Virus record (IMG/VR): IMGVR_UViG_2526164692_000012
Origin: a virus
Lineage: Duplodnaviria; Heunggongvirae; Uroviricota; Caudoviricetes
Direction: 5' to 3' (one strand)
DNA: 32,856 nt
Positions 20,139 to 29,845 of this stretch are shown here, one piece after another. The notes beneath the pieces are model-generated. The model saw only the letters and a list, made by a program, of their open reading frames with translations, was not told where the DNA came from and made no database searches. How positions within the stretch are numbered: the first letter of the stretch is position 1; each line of letters begins with the position of its first letter. The position numbers and the translations under genes were made by a program.

Positions 20139-21023
20139 TTATTCGATTTTTGCGCCGGGGCATAATTTGTTGAATTCGTCTTGTTTCGCATCAGCACCGC
20201 CACCACGTACTTCCGGCTCTGGCTTGATGGCTTTCTTTGGTTTTGGAGCAAGGCTTACCTGTTTGCTAATCTGCCCCAAGAGGAATGCTGCGCGAATTGG
20301 ATCTGTCTCAGCGGCTACACGCTGGCGTAATTGCTGGCTCTTACCTAAGCCATAGGCGAGTAGTTCAGAGCCTTCGTCTGCACAGTGAATGATGATTTCC
20401 TGCTGAATTGGTGGTAGCTCACTAAGAACAATGGCTTCCATTTCCTGATAATCTTTCACAGGAAGTTTGGCTGCCCGTTGTTTATGCGCTTCTACCCTTT
20501 GCTGGAAACGCTGCTGGTATTCCTGTTGCTGACGTAGTTTTTGTTGCTGCTGCTGTTCGACACGGCCTTTTTTCTCATGCCAATCAGTCAATGCCTGTTC
20601 AAACGCCTGTTCGTCATAATCACACGACTCAAGAGTCGGTTTTGGTGGAATAGCGTCTGGTTGTGGTTGCTGATGTTCCGCAGGCTTGGCTAATGCTTCC
20701 TCAAGCTGGCGTCGCAACTCACGGTTTTCTTTCTGTGTTTCTTTGAAGACTTTGCGAAGATCTTTCACCCATTGCGGTGCAGGTTGCCCGTCAATGTGAT
20801 CATCATCGTCAGCGTTAAGCTGAATTTCTTCATCACCAATACGCAAGGCGTAATCTTCTGGTGTCTCTTCGGTTTTTTCAGGATCAGTTGCCATCTCTTT
20901 TCCGTTGTCATCCTGGCTTTCATTCTCAGGCTGTGACTCTGTTTGGATGATGGTTTCTTCTGCATTTTCCTGTGTTTCAGACAGGTCAATAACCTGACCG
21001 TCGATGATCAGTTCGTTTTCCAT
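20139..21023 (-). CDS. Scaffolding protein, 294 aa
   Basis: Highly acidic, Gln/Glu-rich, coiled-coil-like composition; positioned between the portal and coat genes. Confidence 0.65.
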   Translation of the reverse strand: MENELIIDGQVIDLSETQENAEETIIQTESQPENESQDDNGKEMATDPEKTEETPEDYALRIGDEEIQLNADDDDHIDGQPAPQWVKDLRKVFKETQKENRELRRQLEEALAKPAEHQQPQPDAIPPKPTLESCDYDEQAFEQALTDWHEKKGRVEQQQQQKLRQQQEYQQRFQQRVEAHKQRAAKLPVKDYQEMEAIVLSELPPIQQEIIIHCADEGSELLAYGLGKSQQLRQRVAAETDPIRAAFLLGQISKQVSLAPKPKKAIKPEPEVRGGGADAKQDEFNKLCPGAKIE

Positions 21024-21036
21024 TGATTACTCCTGG

Positions 21037-23163
21037 TTAACTCGGCATTAAGTCTGCCGGTGACTGTGGTGGTGACTGGAATTGCTGTTGTTGTGACTCG
21101 GCGACATCTTTCAGAAGGCGTATTGCCTCCATCACTGCTTTGTCATCGATGTTTCTGGCTTGAGCCAGTTTATAGACAGTGTTTGCCTGACTCTCCATCG
21201 CATCCTGCTGGGCAGTAAATGCTTTGATTTGAGTTTGAGCAGTTTCGTTAGTTGCTTTTTGCGCTTCTGCCTGCGCTGCTACCATTTGCGCCTGAGCGAG
21301 AACCATTTCAGGATTTGGCTGGCTTTGTGCTGCCATTTGCGCCTGTTGAACAATCTGCTGCTCTTTCTCATTGCGTGGTTTTGCAATACCAGATATCAGC
21401 AGTTGGTTTCGGTTGTACTCTTTGAAGTCATCAAGGCCTTCGCCATCGATATTGTCCAGAATAATACCCTGAATTGCCGGGCGCATTGGGTCTGTTGGAA
21501 GCATAGAGCTAAGGACATTTGTCAGTACAGAAACCGTTGCATCACGTCGTGCTGTGTAGCTTGGTCCAACATCAACCGTCACATCGTATCGACCGACAGA
21601 AAGGTCATTTAACGCAACAACAGCCCCTGTTTGCCTGTCAACAACCTGTGCGCTCATGACAGCGATATCATCACTTCCATCTTCGTTAACGATGCGCACT
21701 TCACGTTCTGAACCGTACACTTCACGCGCCATTGACAGCCATACTTCACCAGCGCGTTTAAGACTTTTCGCCATATTGTCCAGATAGATAAACGAAGCCA
21801 TATCTGCTCTGTTCATCAAGTTGTTAACCGTTTCCTGAGCAATATTACTTGGCATCTGCTGCATGGCCTGACTGCCGCCTGTAACCTCCTGAATATCTGC
21901 ACTGGTTTGCTGTAGTAATGCAGCCAATGCCTGATTCATAACCGCAGGCTGTGTATATCCTGCCGGGGTAGCTCCAGCGATAATGTTGCCAGATTTATCT
22001 CTCACTTCGCGCAACGGCAAGAACGCTGGGCGTTTCTTGTTACGAGCCTCCCAGTGCTTCTCAAGTCCACGAATTTGCTCCATGCCAACTATAGGGATCT
22101 GACCGGGGTCTTGCGCTGCAGTATCAGCCAGCATTGATACCTGAAGGTTATACAAACGCTGTGGATCCATTGCTTTTGCAATGTGCCCTTCGACACGCTC
22201 AATGTCATCAATGAACCAGCGTTTTCCATAAACCGGGATGAGGGGGATATGTTCACCAGGAATACGTCGAGGTTTCTCAAGGAAACCATCACCATCCACT
22301 ACGGATACATACACACGACGGCGCTTCACTGAGCGCCTTGCCACTTCATGAAATCCAGCTATTGCCAGTTCATCTTCAATATCTTCAACCTGATCACTGT
22401 CGTATGTTGCAATCTCTCCAGTGATTGGATGTCGATAACTGATGACGTCAACAGACTCTTTACGAACTTCGTAATACTTCGCTATGTAAATAACATCTGC
22501 ATCAAACCAGTCATATTCCCAACTGGTCATAGACGTTACGTCCAGAGAAGCAGGAGGTTTCTTTCCGTATTCAGTCTCATATTTTTCAGGTGACAACGAA
22601 TACATGCAGAACGCCCACAACGCGTCAGATTTGTCGTACTTCTTAGCGTCAGGGTCAAACCACACAGAGCGCGACGGGTCGTATATTGGTTCAATAGCAA
22701 TACGCTGACGATCGTCCATGGGGTCGAATTCATTGACCAGCATCGACGTCAAACGGAAGCAACCGAAACCACCGGTAGCAGCGTCGTCAAATGCATTATC
22801 GCAAGCCTCACCGCCATCAGTTTCTTCGTAGTCAGCACGGAACAGACCATTTAATTTATTGGCTAACTCTTCGCTTGCCTCTCTGTCACCAGGGCGAAAC
22901 TTAACAGTGATTCTGTTATTGCGGTATTCTGCAATGATGCGGTTAAGTTCAGTTGCTACCTTATTGATTTCAAACTTAGGATACTTCTCGAACTGCTCAT
23001 CAAGCTTAGTTCTAGCCGCCGTTGCTCCTTCCCATTGACCTCCGGGGACACGAGCAAACCTCGTAGCTTCAATGCACTTTTCGCGCACTTCCTGCTGTGG
23101 AGAATAGGCGCGGTCAAACCTGAGCATGATCCGCTCATGTTTTTTCTCTAATGTCTCTGCCAT
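21037..23163 (-). CDS. Portal protein, about 708 aa
   Basis: Position downstream of TerL; start placed at MAETLEKK directly after the TerL stop (the ORF track extends 24 codons further upstream, overlapping TerL). Confidence 0.75.
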   Translation of the reverse strand: MAETLEKKHERIMLRFDRAYSPQQEVREKCIEATRFARVPGGQWEGATAARTKLDEQFEKYPKFEINKVATELNRIIAEYRNNRITVKFRPGDREASEELANKLNGLFRADYEETDGGEACDNAFDDAATGGFGCFRLTSMLVNEFDPMDDRQRIAIEPIYDPSRSVWFDPDAKKYDKSDALWAFCMYSLSPEKYETEYGKKPPASLDVTSMTSWEYDWFDADVIYIAKYYEVRKESVDVISYRHPITGEIATYDSDQVEDIEDELAIAGFHEVARRSVKRRRVYVSVVDGDGFLEKPRRIPGEHIPLIPVYGKRWFIDDIERVEGHIAKAMDPQRLYNLQVSMLADTAAQDPGQIPIVGMEQIRGLEKHWEARNKKRPAFLPLREVRDKSGNIIAGATPAGYTQPAVMNQALAALLQQTSADIQEVTGGSQAMQQMPSNIAQETVNNLMNRADMASFIYLDNMAKSLKRAGEVWLSMAREVYGSEREVRIVNEDGSDDIAVMSAQVVDRQTGAVVALNDLSVGRYDVTVDVGPSYTARRDATVSVLTNVLSSMLPTDPMRPAIQGIILDNIDGEGLDDFKEYNRNQLLISGIAKPRNEKEQQIVQQAQMAAQSQPNPEMVLAQAQMVAAQAEAQKATNETAQTQIKAFTAQQDAMESQANTVYKLAQARNIDDKAVMEAIRLLKDVAESQQQQFQSPPQSPADLMPS

Positions 23164-23165
23164 GT

Positions 23166-24578
23166 TTACCAACCGGAGGATGAGGGAACGTATATTTCTG
23201 TTTCTTCGCGGACCAATGCCGGGCAATGCATACACATCATCAGCGCATCAGCCAGGTTAGGAGATGGGATACCGAGCTTCTGCTTCATTTCGACCTTAGT
23301 CATAAGCTCCAGCTTCCCGTTGTTATTGAATTTGCGCTGAATCTGCGTAAGTTCTGCAAACAGCTTCTCCAGCATCTTCTCGCCTATCGCTTCTTTGTCG
23401 AAACTCAGCATGTCGTCGGGGTCTGCATACTCACCGTAGACAACCGCCCGATATGTCAGATACAGCCTGTCAGCCAGCGCGTAATAGAATTGCGCTCTCT
23501 TATTGCGGAACACATCACCAATAGTGCGAACGTTGTCGCCCTGTACGACTTCATCAGCCCATGCTCCGGCCTGATACGGTGCATCTTCATCGAATGGCGA
23601 TTCGCTGCCCTTGAACATCGTGGCGGTGATTTTCTTGCCGGAGAACGCTTCCGTTGTCTGTCTGCGTAGCCCAGCACCAACACCATCACCATCCCACAGG
23701 TAATGGTCAGCGCCGTCTTCAATCGCCAGCGAAGTAGCCCAGTCAGCACCCTCGTTGATGTCCATCAGCAGACCTTCGGCAATGCGCTTAACCACCGAAC
23801 CGTGACGCGATGCGTAACCTTTAGCATCTGGCCCTGTATCTGACGGGTCATGTGCAGAAACAACCGCGCCTTTCGCTTTCCATCCGAGTTTCTTGTGCGC
23901 ATCGGTTGCGGCTTCAAGCCATTCACGTTTGATGATTGCCATATCACTTGCGCTTACTGGCTCACCAAGCCAGATGTGACGATACAGTGTCGGATTTCTG
24001 CGTTTGCACTCTTCCATCTCCAGACGGAGAACTTCAGGAAAGTGCGGATTGTCGGTGTAGTTCACCGTCAGCAGGCAAATATCATCTGGAGGATTTACGA
24101 CGAATCGCTGATAGGTATCGTCGAGTATGTTTTTCGGGTTAAAGCTCACCCATATTTCGGAAAACGGCTTGCGGATGGTTGGTATCAGGATATCCCATGA
24201 TTCCTTCGTTACCGCTTCCGCTTCTTCCACCCAGCAGATATCAATGCCTTCGAGCGATTTAATCTTCGTCGGGTTGTTTTTTATGCCGTAGAACATGAAT
24301 TCAGCATTCGTTCCGAGATGACGAATCATTGAACGCTGAATTTCAAACTCAGCCGAATACCCTTCCCGCTCTATGGTGTCTTCAAGCAACCGGATTACCG
24401 AATCGCTGATACTGTTTTGCAGTTCACGAGCACAGAGGATGCGCACCGGCTGCCGACGCGCCGCTTCAACAAGCAGCCTTGCGATTGCCCATGACTTACC
24501 GCTACCTCGACCGCCTTTGGCGACTTTGTAGCGATGCGCCTCAATGAACGGTTCAAAGATAGGATTAATCGAGGTCAT
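23166..24578 (-). CDS. Terminase large subunit, 470 aa
   Basis: Walker A motif KGGRGSGKS near the N-terminus; length and N-terminus match my recall of Sf6 gp2; 4-nt overlap with the upstream TerS. Confidence 0.85.
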   Translation of the reverse strand: MTSINPIFEPFIEAHRYKVAKGGRGSGKSWAIARLLVEAARRQPVRILCARELQNSISDSVIRLLEDTIEREGYSAEFEIQRSMIRHLGTNAEFMFYGIKNNPTKIKSLEGIDICWVEEAEAVTKESWDILIPTIRKPFSEIWVSFNPKNILDDTYQRFVVNPPDDICLLTVNYTDNPHFPEVLRLEMEECKRRNPTLYRHIWLGEPVSASDMAIIKREWLEAATDAHKKLGWKAKGAVVSAHDPSDTGPDAKGYASRHGSVVKRIAEGLLMDINEGADWATSLAIEDGADHYLWDGDGVGAGLRRQTTEAFSGKKITATMFKGSESPFDEDAPYQAGAWADEVVQGDNVRTIGDVFRNKRAQFYYALADRLYLTYRAVVYGEYADPDDMLSFDKEAIGEKMLEKLFAELTQIQRKFNNNGKLELMTKVEMKQKLGIPSPNLADALMMCMHCPALVREETEIYVPSSSGW

Positions 24579-25015
24579 TTTCCGAATAGAGTGCTCATCG
24601 GTGATGTTTCAATCTGGATTGCGCCGCCGTCTTTGCCTGTTAGCTCGTGATCAACCTTGTCGCGCCATTTATCCTTCTGTCGATTCTTAAGCCAGAAGAT
24701 GGCAGCTGTTGTATCAGGCGGGTAATACTTCTCAAGCGGAGTTTCGACAATTCTGTTTTCAATAACACGAATATCGATGTCTGGAGCCACGAAGCCCATA
24801 GCGCGTTGATAAAGACGATCACTAACTTCTGCATCAGCGACGGCCTTACCCTTTTTTATGGACTCCGAAAACTTAGGATAATCAAGCTTCCACTTGTTAA
24901 TAGTTGACTCACTGACTTCAAAGAAATCAGCAAGTTCTGCATCGGTGTAGCCCAGCAAGCACAGTTTGCGTGCCTGTTCGGCATACGCCTCTTGATACTT
25001 TGTTGGGCGCGCCAT
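24575..25015 (-). CDS. Terminase small subunit, 146 aa
   Basis: Immediately upstream of and coupled to TerL; N-terminal HTH-like region (DAELADFFEVSESTINKWK). Confidence 0.7.
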   Translation of the reverse strand: MARPTKYQEAYAEQARKLCLLGYTDAELADFFEVSESTINKWKLDYPKFSESIKKGKAVADAEVSDRLYQRAMGFVAPDIDIRVIENRIVETPLEKYYPPDTTAAIFWLKNRQKDKWRDKVDHELTGKDGGAIQIETSPMSTLFGK

Positions 25016-25017
25016 GT

Positions 25018-25260
25018 TTATGCTCCTGTAGTGAACAGGTCTAACGCTTCCTTCGATTTACGCACCGCTTCGATAGTGCGGGTCGTGATATCTGAATTAG
25101 CGCCACCTGACTGGAAGTGAATTTTGAATAGCTCAAGCTTCAGCTCGTCAGTGCCAATGAATTGAAATGCTTCTTCTGCGGCTGCGTTCTGGTTCATGAC
25201 CAGTTTGTAAATCTCTAACTGGAATTTCTGTTCTTCAGTCATGGGAATAATCTCTGCCAT
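25018..25260 (-). CDS. Small hypothetical protein, 80 aa, upstream of terS
   Basis: ORF with plausible RBS (GGAG) ending adjacent to the terS start; hydrophilic, so not a holin. Confidence 0.45.
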   Translation of the reverse strand: MAEIIPMTEEQKFQLEIYKLVMNQNAAAEEAFQFIGTDELKLELFKIHFQSGGANSDITTRTIEAVRKSKEALDLFTTGA

Positions 25261-25379
25261 TATTGGCTCCGTTTATCCGTTAAAAGGGATATCAGTTAAG
25301 TTATCCCGTGTAGGGTATAAGCCATTATCAAAGCCACTCTGTAGGGAATGGCTTTTGTGATGGCGGTAATGACTCCAAC

Positions 25380-25883
25380 TTATTGATAGTGTTTTATGTT
25401 CAGATAATGCCCGATGACTTTGTCATGCAGCTCCACCGATTTTGAGAACGACAGCGACTTCCGTCCCAGTCGTGCCAGGTGCTGCCTCAGATTCAGGTTA
25501 TGCCGCTCAATTCGCTGCGTATATCGCTTGCTGATTACGTGCAGCTTTCCCTTCAGGCGGGATTCATACAGCGGCCAGCCATCCGTCATCCATATCACCA
25601 CGTCAAAGGGTGACAGCAGGCTCATAAGACGCCCCAGCGTCGCCATAGTGCGTTCACCGAATACGTGCGCAACAACCGTCTTCCGGAGCCTGTCATACGC
25701 GTAAAACAGCCAGCGCTGGCGCGATTTAGCCCCGACGTATCCCCACTGTTCGTCCATTTCCGCGCAGACGATGACGTCACTGCCCGGCTGTATGCGCGAG
25801 GTTACCGACTGCGGCCTGAGTTTTTTAAATGGCGGAAAATCGTGTTGAGGCCAACGCCCATAATGCGGGCGGTTGCCCGGCAT
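25380..25883 (-). CDS. insB: IS1 InsB' frame, 167 aa (expressed as InsAB' transposase by -1 frameshift)
   Basis: Sequence matches IS1 InsB as recalled; overlaps the insA 3' end in the -1 frame. Confidence 0.9.
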   Translation of the reverse strand: MPGNRPHYGRWPQHDFPPFKKLRPQSVTSRIQPGSDVIVCAEMDEQWGYVGAKSRQRWLFYAYDRLRKTVVAHVFGERTMATLGRLMSLLSPFDVVIWMTDGWPLYESRLKGKLHVISKRYTQRIERHNLNLRQHLARLGRKSLSFSKSVELHDKVIGHYLNIKHYQ

Positions 25884-26077
25884 CCAACGCCATTCATGGC
25901 CATATCAATGATTTTCTGGTGCGTACCGGGTTGAGAAGCGGTGTAAGTGAACTGCAGTTGCCATGTTTTACGGCAGTGAGAGCAGAGATAGCGCTGATGT
26001 CCGGCGGTGCTTTTGCCGTTACGCACCACCCCGTCAGTAGCTGAACAGGAGGGACAGCTGATAGAAACAGAAGCCAC
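25802..26077 (-). CDS. insA: IS1 InsA, 91 aa
   Basis: [40 protein letters not shown] zinc-finger N-terminus matches IS1 InsA as recalled. Confidence 0.9.
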   Translation of the reverse strand: MASVSISCPSCSATDGVVRNGKSTAGHQRYLCSHCRKTWQLQFTYTASQPGTHQKIIDMAMNGVGCRATARIMGVGLNTIFRHLKNSGRSR

Positions 26078-26132
26078 TGGAGCACCTCAAAAACACCATC
26101 ATACACTAAATCAGTAAGTTGGCAGCATCACC

Positions 26133-26282
26133 CGTAGAGCAAAGGATAAAGCTCACCGGAAAGAAGTAAATAACAAAATACTTGCTGACCTTATCAAGGT
26201 TGGTGCATCAGAAGATGTTGCTAAAAATATCATAACAGCCATCGTAAAAGGCGAAGTATTCGCAACAAAAATAACCTACTAA
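26133..26282 (+). pseudogene. 3' remnant of an early-left gene truncated by IS1
   Basis: Reading frame is open from inside IS1 through ...KILADLIKVGASEDVAKNIITAIVKGEVFATKITY-stop, with no start codon outside IS1. Confidence 0.4.
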
Positions 26283-26306
26283 TAAAACCAACATAAGGAA
26301 CCACCC

Positions 26307-26438
26307 ATGATTTACGCAATCGCGGGAGGCGCTCGCATGGGTGCCTTCCAATTAAATGAATCTTTACTTGAACGAATCACCCGTAAATTACGTGACGGAT
26401 GGAAAAGAGTTGAGGTCTTATTATGCGCAATGAAATAG
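26307..26438 (+). CDS. Small hypothetical protein, 43 aa
   Basis: ATG preceded by AAGGA; overlaps the next ORF in the usual phage early-operon fashion. Confidence 0.35.
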   Translation: MIYAIAGGARMGAFQLNESLLERITRKLRDGWKRVEVLLCAMK

Positions 26439-26575
26439 CCATCAATCACCAGATGCTTCGTGCTGCACAGAACAAAGCAGTAATAGCCAGATTTATTGGT
26501 GATTCAAAAATGTGGCTTGAAGCAAATAAAGCGATGAAATCAGCTATCAACCTTCCATGGTATCGCAGGAAATGA
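26423..26575 (+). CDS. Small hypothetical protein, 50 aa
   Basis: Overlapping start/stop arrangement with both neighbours. Confidence 0.3.
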   Translation: MRNEIAINHQMLRAAQNKAVIARFIGDSKMWLEANKAMKSAINLPWYRRK

Positions 26576-26742
26576 GCTTTACAGATAACTGGTCAGACGA
26601 AGAATTCATTCGTCAGATGAAAGAATTATTCGGTAACGAAGGAGATATTCATGTCACTTGCAACCACCGTGAAGGAGAGCAAGTTACAGAGACGCATGTA
26701 CACGCAGCAGGCGTTAATGTATCGCCAGAAGGGAGATCGTGA
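26572..26742 (+). CDS. Small hypothetical protein, 56 aa
   Basis: ATGA overlap with the preceding ORF; acidic. Confidence 0.3.
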   Translation: MSFTDNWSDEEFIRQMKELFGNEGDIHVTCNHREGEQVTETHVHAAGVNVSPEGRS

Positions 26743-26831
26743 AGGTGTTCGCGTCTTTTTAAATGCGGCAAAGACTGAAGTATTAAATCAGCGTTATTTC
26801 CTTGGGCCATGCCCATTCTGAGAACAAACAT

Positions 26832-27437
26832 ATGAGCAAAGAATTTTACGCAAGACTGGCAGCTATTCAGGAGAACTTGAACGCGCCAAAGAATCAGTAC
26901 AACTCATTCGGTAAATATAAATACAGAAGCTGCGAAGACATTCTTGAAGGCGTTAAGCCGTTACTGAATGGCCTGTTTTTATCAATCAGCGATGAAGTTG
27001 TGTTGATTGGTGATCGGTATTACGTGAAAGCCACGGCAACTATTACCGATGGCGAAAACAGTCATACGGCAACCGCTCTTGCACGAGAGGAAGAAAGCAA
27101 GAAAGGAATGGATTCTGCACAAGTTACGGGAGCTACAAGCTCTTATGCACGCAAGTATTGCCTCAATGGTTTGTTCGGCATTGATGATGCGAAAGATGCA
27201 GATACCGACGAGCATAAACATCAGCAGAACGCAGCAGCAAAGCAATCAAAACCATCACCTACACCTGAACAGGTTCTAAAAGCATTCACTGACGCAGCAT
27301 TGCAGAAAAACACCGTGGAAGAGCTTAAACAGGCGTTCGCCAAAGCGTGGAAGATGCTCGAAGGCACACCGGAGCAGCACAAAGCGCAGGACGTTTACAA
27401 CATCAGACGAGACGAATTAGAAGGAGCTGCTGCTTAA
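26832..27437 (+). CDS. erf: Erf-family single-strand annealing recombinase, about 201 aa
   Basis: MSKEFYARLAAIQENLNAPKNQYNSFGKYKYRSCEDILEGVKPLL... matches my recall of P22 Erf very closely through the first ~140 aa. Confidence 0.7.
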   Translation: MSKEFYARLAAIQENLNAPKNQYNSFGKYKYRSCEDILEGVKPLLNGLFLSISDEVVLIGDRYYVKATATITDGENSHTATALAREEESKKGMDSAQVTGATSSYARKYCLNGLFGIDDAKDADTDEHKHQQNAAAKQSKPSPTPEQVLKAFTDAALQKNTVEELKQAFAKAWKMLEGTPEQHKAQDVYNIRRDELEGAAA

Positions 27438-27820
27438 TGGCACATTCGATTACTGTAAGACTAAACAAGCCCGCAAGAGAGTTTCAGGCCGGGGAAAATA
27501 TCGGATTCAACATCCGTGCTGGCGTTCAGTATTACGATCGCCAGACAAAAAAGAAAGAATGGACAAACTACAGCACCGTTGTATTTGCCAAGCCGGGAGC
27601 GCAAGCGGATTACTACCGTAGTGTTCTTGTTGAAGGTGGCATTGTGGAAATTACCGGAGAAAACATCAGGGTTGATGTTTATCAGGGGCAAAATGGTCAA
27701 TCCATCACTCTTGAATTACTGAATGCAAAGATTGGATTTGCAACTTCAGGAAACAGCCCGCAGCAGCAAAGTAGTAACCAGCAGAACACTCCTGTATACG
27801 ACGATTCCATCCCATTCTGA
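27437..27820 (+). CDS. ssb: Phage single-stranded DNA-binding protein (short SSB), 127 aa
   Basis: Start overlaps the erf stop (TAATG); C-terminus ends ...PVYDDSIPF, resembling the acidic SSB tail DDDIPF; Gln/Ser-rich linker before the tail. Confidence 0.6.
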   Translation: MAHSITVRLNKPAREFQAGENIGFNIRAGVQYYDRQTKKKEWTNYSTVVFAKPGAQADYYRSVLVEGGIVEITGENIRVDVYQGQNGQSITLELLNAKIGFATSGNSPQQQSSNQQNTPVYDDSIPF

Positions 27821-27843
27821 TTTAGAAAAATAAGGATTTAATT

Positions 27844-28140
27844 ATGCCAGCGCCTCTGTATGGTGCGGATGACCCGCGCCGCTGTTCCGGCAATTCCGTA
27901 TCGGAGGTGCTGGATAAATTCAGGAAAAACTACGACCTGATAATGTCGCTACCGCAGGAAACGAAAGAGGAAAAGGAATTTCGCCATTGTATATGGCTTG
28001 CAGAGAAAGAAGAACGCGAGCGAATTTACCAGACATCAATCCGACCATTCCGCAAAGCCACATACACCCACTTCCCTGAATATATCGACCCGCGCCTGCG
28101 TAATTACCGCTCACGCTATGGCGCTATCAGTAATGACTGA
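27844..28140 (+). CDS. Hypothetical protein, 98 aa
   Basis: ORF with RBS-like AAGGA upstream; no recognised family. Confidence 0.4.
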   Translation: MPAPLYGADDPRRCSGNSVSEVLDKFRKNYDLIMSLPQETKEEKEFRHCIWLAEKEERERIYQTSIRPFRKATYTHFPEYIDPRLRNYRSRYGAISND

Positions 28141-28150
28141 GGAATTAACA

Positions 28151-28441
28151 ATGAAAACAATGAAGCTAAACATCGACCTCGGAAAATACGTTATTACCGG
28201 AACAAAACACGATCTGATTCTTAGCGAAAGAGGAATTATCAAAGAAGACGAGAATGCAGGGAAAGAAACACTAAGTCGTATCGGTTATTACAGCAAGTTT
28301 GAGCATCTGGTTAAAGAGTTATGCAACCGTGAAATCCTGTTATCTCAGGCGCAGACGCTACAGGATATTCAGCAGCATATCGAGACTTTAGGTGTGTCAC
28401 TTAGCATGGCTATTGACCAGTTCGTGGAGAGTAAATCATGA
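28151..28441 (+). CDS. Hypothetical protein, 96 aa
   Basis: ATG preceded by GAGGA; no recognised family. Confidence 0.45.
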   Translation: MKTMKLNIDLGKYVITGTKHDLILSERGIIKEDENAGKETLSRIGYYSKFEHLVKELCNREILLSQAQTLQDIQQHIETLGVSLSMAIDQFVESKS

Positions 28442-28605
28442 GAGGACTTGCATACAATCCCGGCATTCTTCCGGCAGAAATGATTATTCGCCAGCGCGTA
28501 AAGCCAATGCCATCGAGAGAGGAATTGCTTAAGAGAAATTCTTTTCCATCAGTGAATCAAAACAAATATCTGAATGCGATGTGGCGTAAAGGAGGCAACC
28601 AGTGA
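28438..28605 (+). CDS. Hypothetical protein, 55 aa
   Basis: ATGA overlap with the upstream ORF and GTGA-type overlap with the downstream ORF. Confidence 0.3.
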   Translation: MRGLAYNPGILPAEMIIRQRVKPMPSREELLKRNSFPSVNQNKYLNAMWRKGGNQ

Positions 28606-29273
28606 GCAAGATTGACTATCAGGCACTGCGTGAGTTAGCAAAACAGGCAACACAGGGCGAATGGGTCGCATTCATTTCGCCGGGCACTGATACATATGCG
28701 GTGCATACGCCGGGGGATGAACGTTGCGGAGACATTATCAAATGGCCTGGCTTTGACGGCCAGAAAAATGCAGAGAACAACGCAGAATTTATCGCAGCTT
28801 TCAACCCTAAAGTAGTGCAGGCACTGCTGGATGAACGGGAAAGAAACCAGCAATATATCAAACGCCGCGACCAGGAGAACGAGGACATTGCGCTAACGGT
28901 AGGGAAGCTGCGTGTTGAGCTTGAGGAGACAAAATCAAAACTCAACGAGCAGCGTAAGTATTACGAAGGTGTTATCTCGGATGGAAGTAAGCGCATAGCA
29001 GAACTGGAAGCACGGGAAATAAAACCAGCCAAAGGTGAAGTTCTTGTCGTTGTTTCTGGTTTTACTGGTTGCGGAAAAAGCGCCATTGCCGGGGAAATAG
29101 AAATCGCGATGAAGGCTATTGGTGTACCGGTTCAGTGGACTAATGGCGATGCGGAAAAGCGCATGACAGGAGCTGACTGGCTGACAGCGATTGAGATGTA
29201 CAAACCAACAGTGCGCATCGTGGAAGTTAATGTGCCACGCGCCGCAGGCATTCGCATCAAAGAGGGTGAGTAG
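28602..29273 (+). CDS. Hypothetical early protein, possibly Ea22-like, 223 aa
   Basis: GTG start preceded by strong SD AAAGGAGG; central coiled-coil segment; family assignment is tentative and from recall. Confidence 0.5.
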   Translation: MSKIDYQALRELAKQATQGEWVAFISPGTDTYAVHTPGDERCGDIIKWPGFDGQKNAENNAEFIAAFNPKVVQALLDERERNQQYIKRRDQENEDIALTVGKLRVELEETKSKLNEQRKYYEGVISDGSKRIAELEAREIKPAKGEVLVVVSGFTGCGKSAIAGEIEIAMKAIGVPVQWTNGDAEKRMTGADWLTAIEMYKPTVRIVEVNVPRAAGIRIKEGE

Positions 29274-29635
29274 TGCGTGTGGCATGTATCGGCTTGTTAC
29301 CGTACCCGACTCGTTTTTGGGCTTCTGCGCTAATTGCAAAGCCACATGTCCTGATAGCTGACAACATCATCCCGGCACCAAAGCGCCGCCATACCGGTAT
29401 TGCAGCGGCACGACGAGCAGCAAAGAGACGCAGGAGAGCAAAACGATGAAAAACCGTAAAGCAAAGATTCTGTTAGCTCGCAGAAACGGTGTTGGGGTCT
29501 GGCGATGGGTGAGGATTAGTAACAGACGAGTGAGGTTGATGGGGTGTTGCGGGGTGATGGGTCACAGTTGTTGCAAAAAGCCCAGCGCGGCGCAAAACCG
29601 CTGGAAAAACTACTTGCGGACTAAAGGAGAGTGAT

Positions 29636-29845
29636 ATGGCTATCGCTGCAAGTTACACCATGCATCTCTATTGTGATTGTCGCCAGTGTACGGAAGGTGT
29701 ATATCCAGTGCCAGACTTCGGTGAGTATATCGGTACGTCATGGTCTGGTTGTGCAAAAGAGGCCCGTAAAGACGGGTGGCGAATAAGCAAAGACAAAACA
29801 CGTACTTTTGCGCCCGGGCATAAAGTTTTGAGGATTAACACATGA
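29636..29845 (+). CDS. Small Cys-containing hypothetical protein, 69 aa
   Basis: Strong SD (AAGGAGAG) before the ATG; CxC...C pattern near the N-terminus. Confidence 0.45.
   Translation: MAIAASYTMHLYCDCRQCTEGVYPVPDFGEYIGTSWSGCAKEARKDGWRISKDKTRTFAPGHKVLRINT

Larger units (their letters stand above)
25365..26132 (-). mobile_element. IS1 insertion sequence (768 bp)
   Basis: Imperfect terminal inverted repeats GGTAATGACTCCAACTTATTGAT (left) and reverse complement of GGTGATGCTGCCAACTTACTGAT (right); insA and insB' frames present. Flanking 9-mers differ (TGTGATGGC vs CGTAGAGCA), so there is no target-site duplication. Confidence 0.92.

Noticed and set aside
21160-21612. 150-aa plus-strand ORF antisense to the portal gene
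   Set aside because: Lies within the portal coding region on the opposite strand; Leu/Cys-rich low-complexity translation.
23226-24200. Plus-strand ORFs (147, 116, 68 aa) antisense to the TerL gene
   Set aside because: TerL is strongly supported by its Walker A motif and length; the antisense ORFs have no translation signals.
25018-26830. Lysis cassette (holin/endolysin/Rz) expected upstream of terS
   Set aside because: No ORF in this interval has a holin-like transmembrane pattern or endolysin length; the interval is occupied by IS1 and small hydrophilic ORFs, so the lysis genes appear to be absent rather than missed.
29274-29634. Two Arg/Cys-rich small ORFs (GTG-start 58 aa at 29274..29450 and 62 aa at 29446..29634)
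   Set aside because: Possible real early genes, but the highly basic low-complexity translations and weak RBS make them indistinguishable from non-coding sequence; left unannotated.
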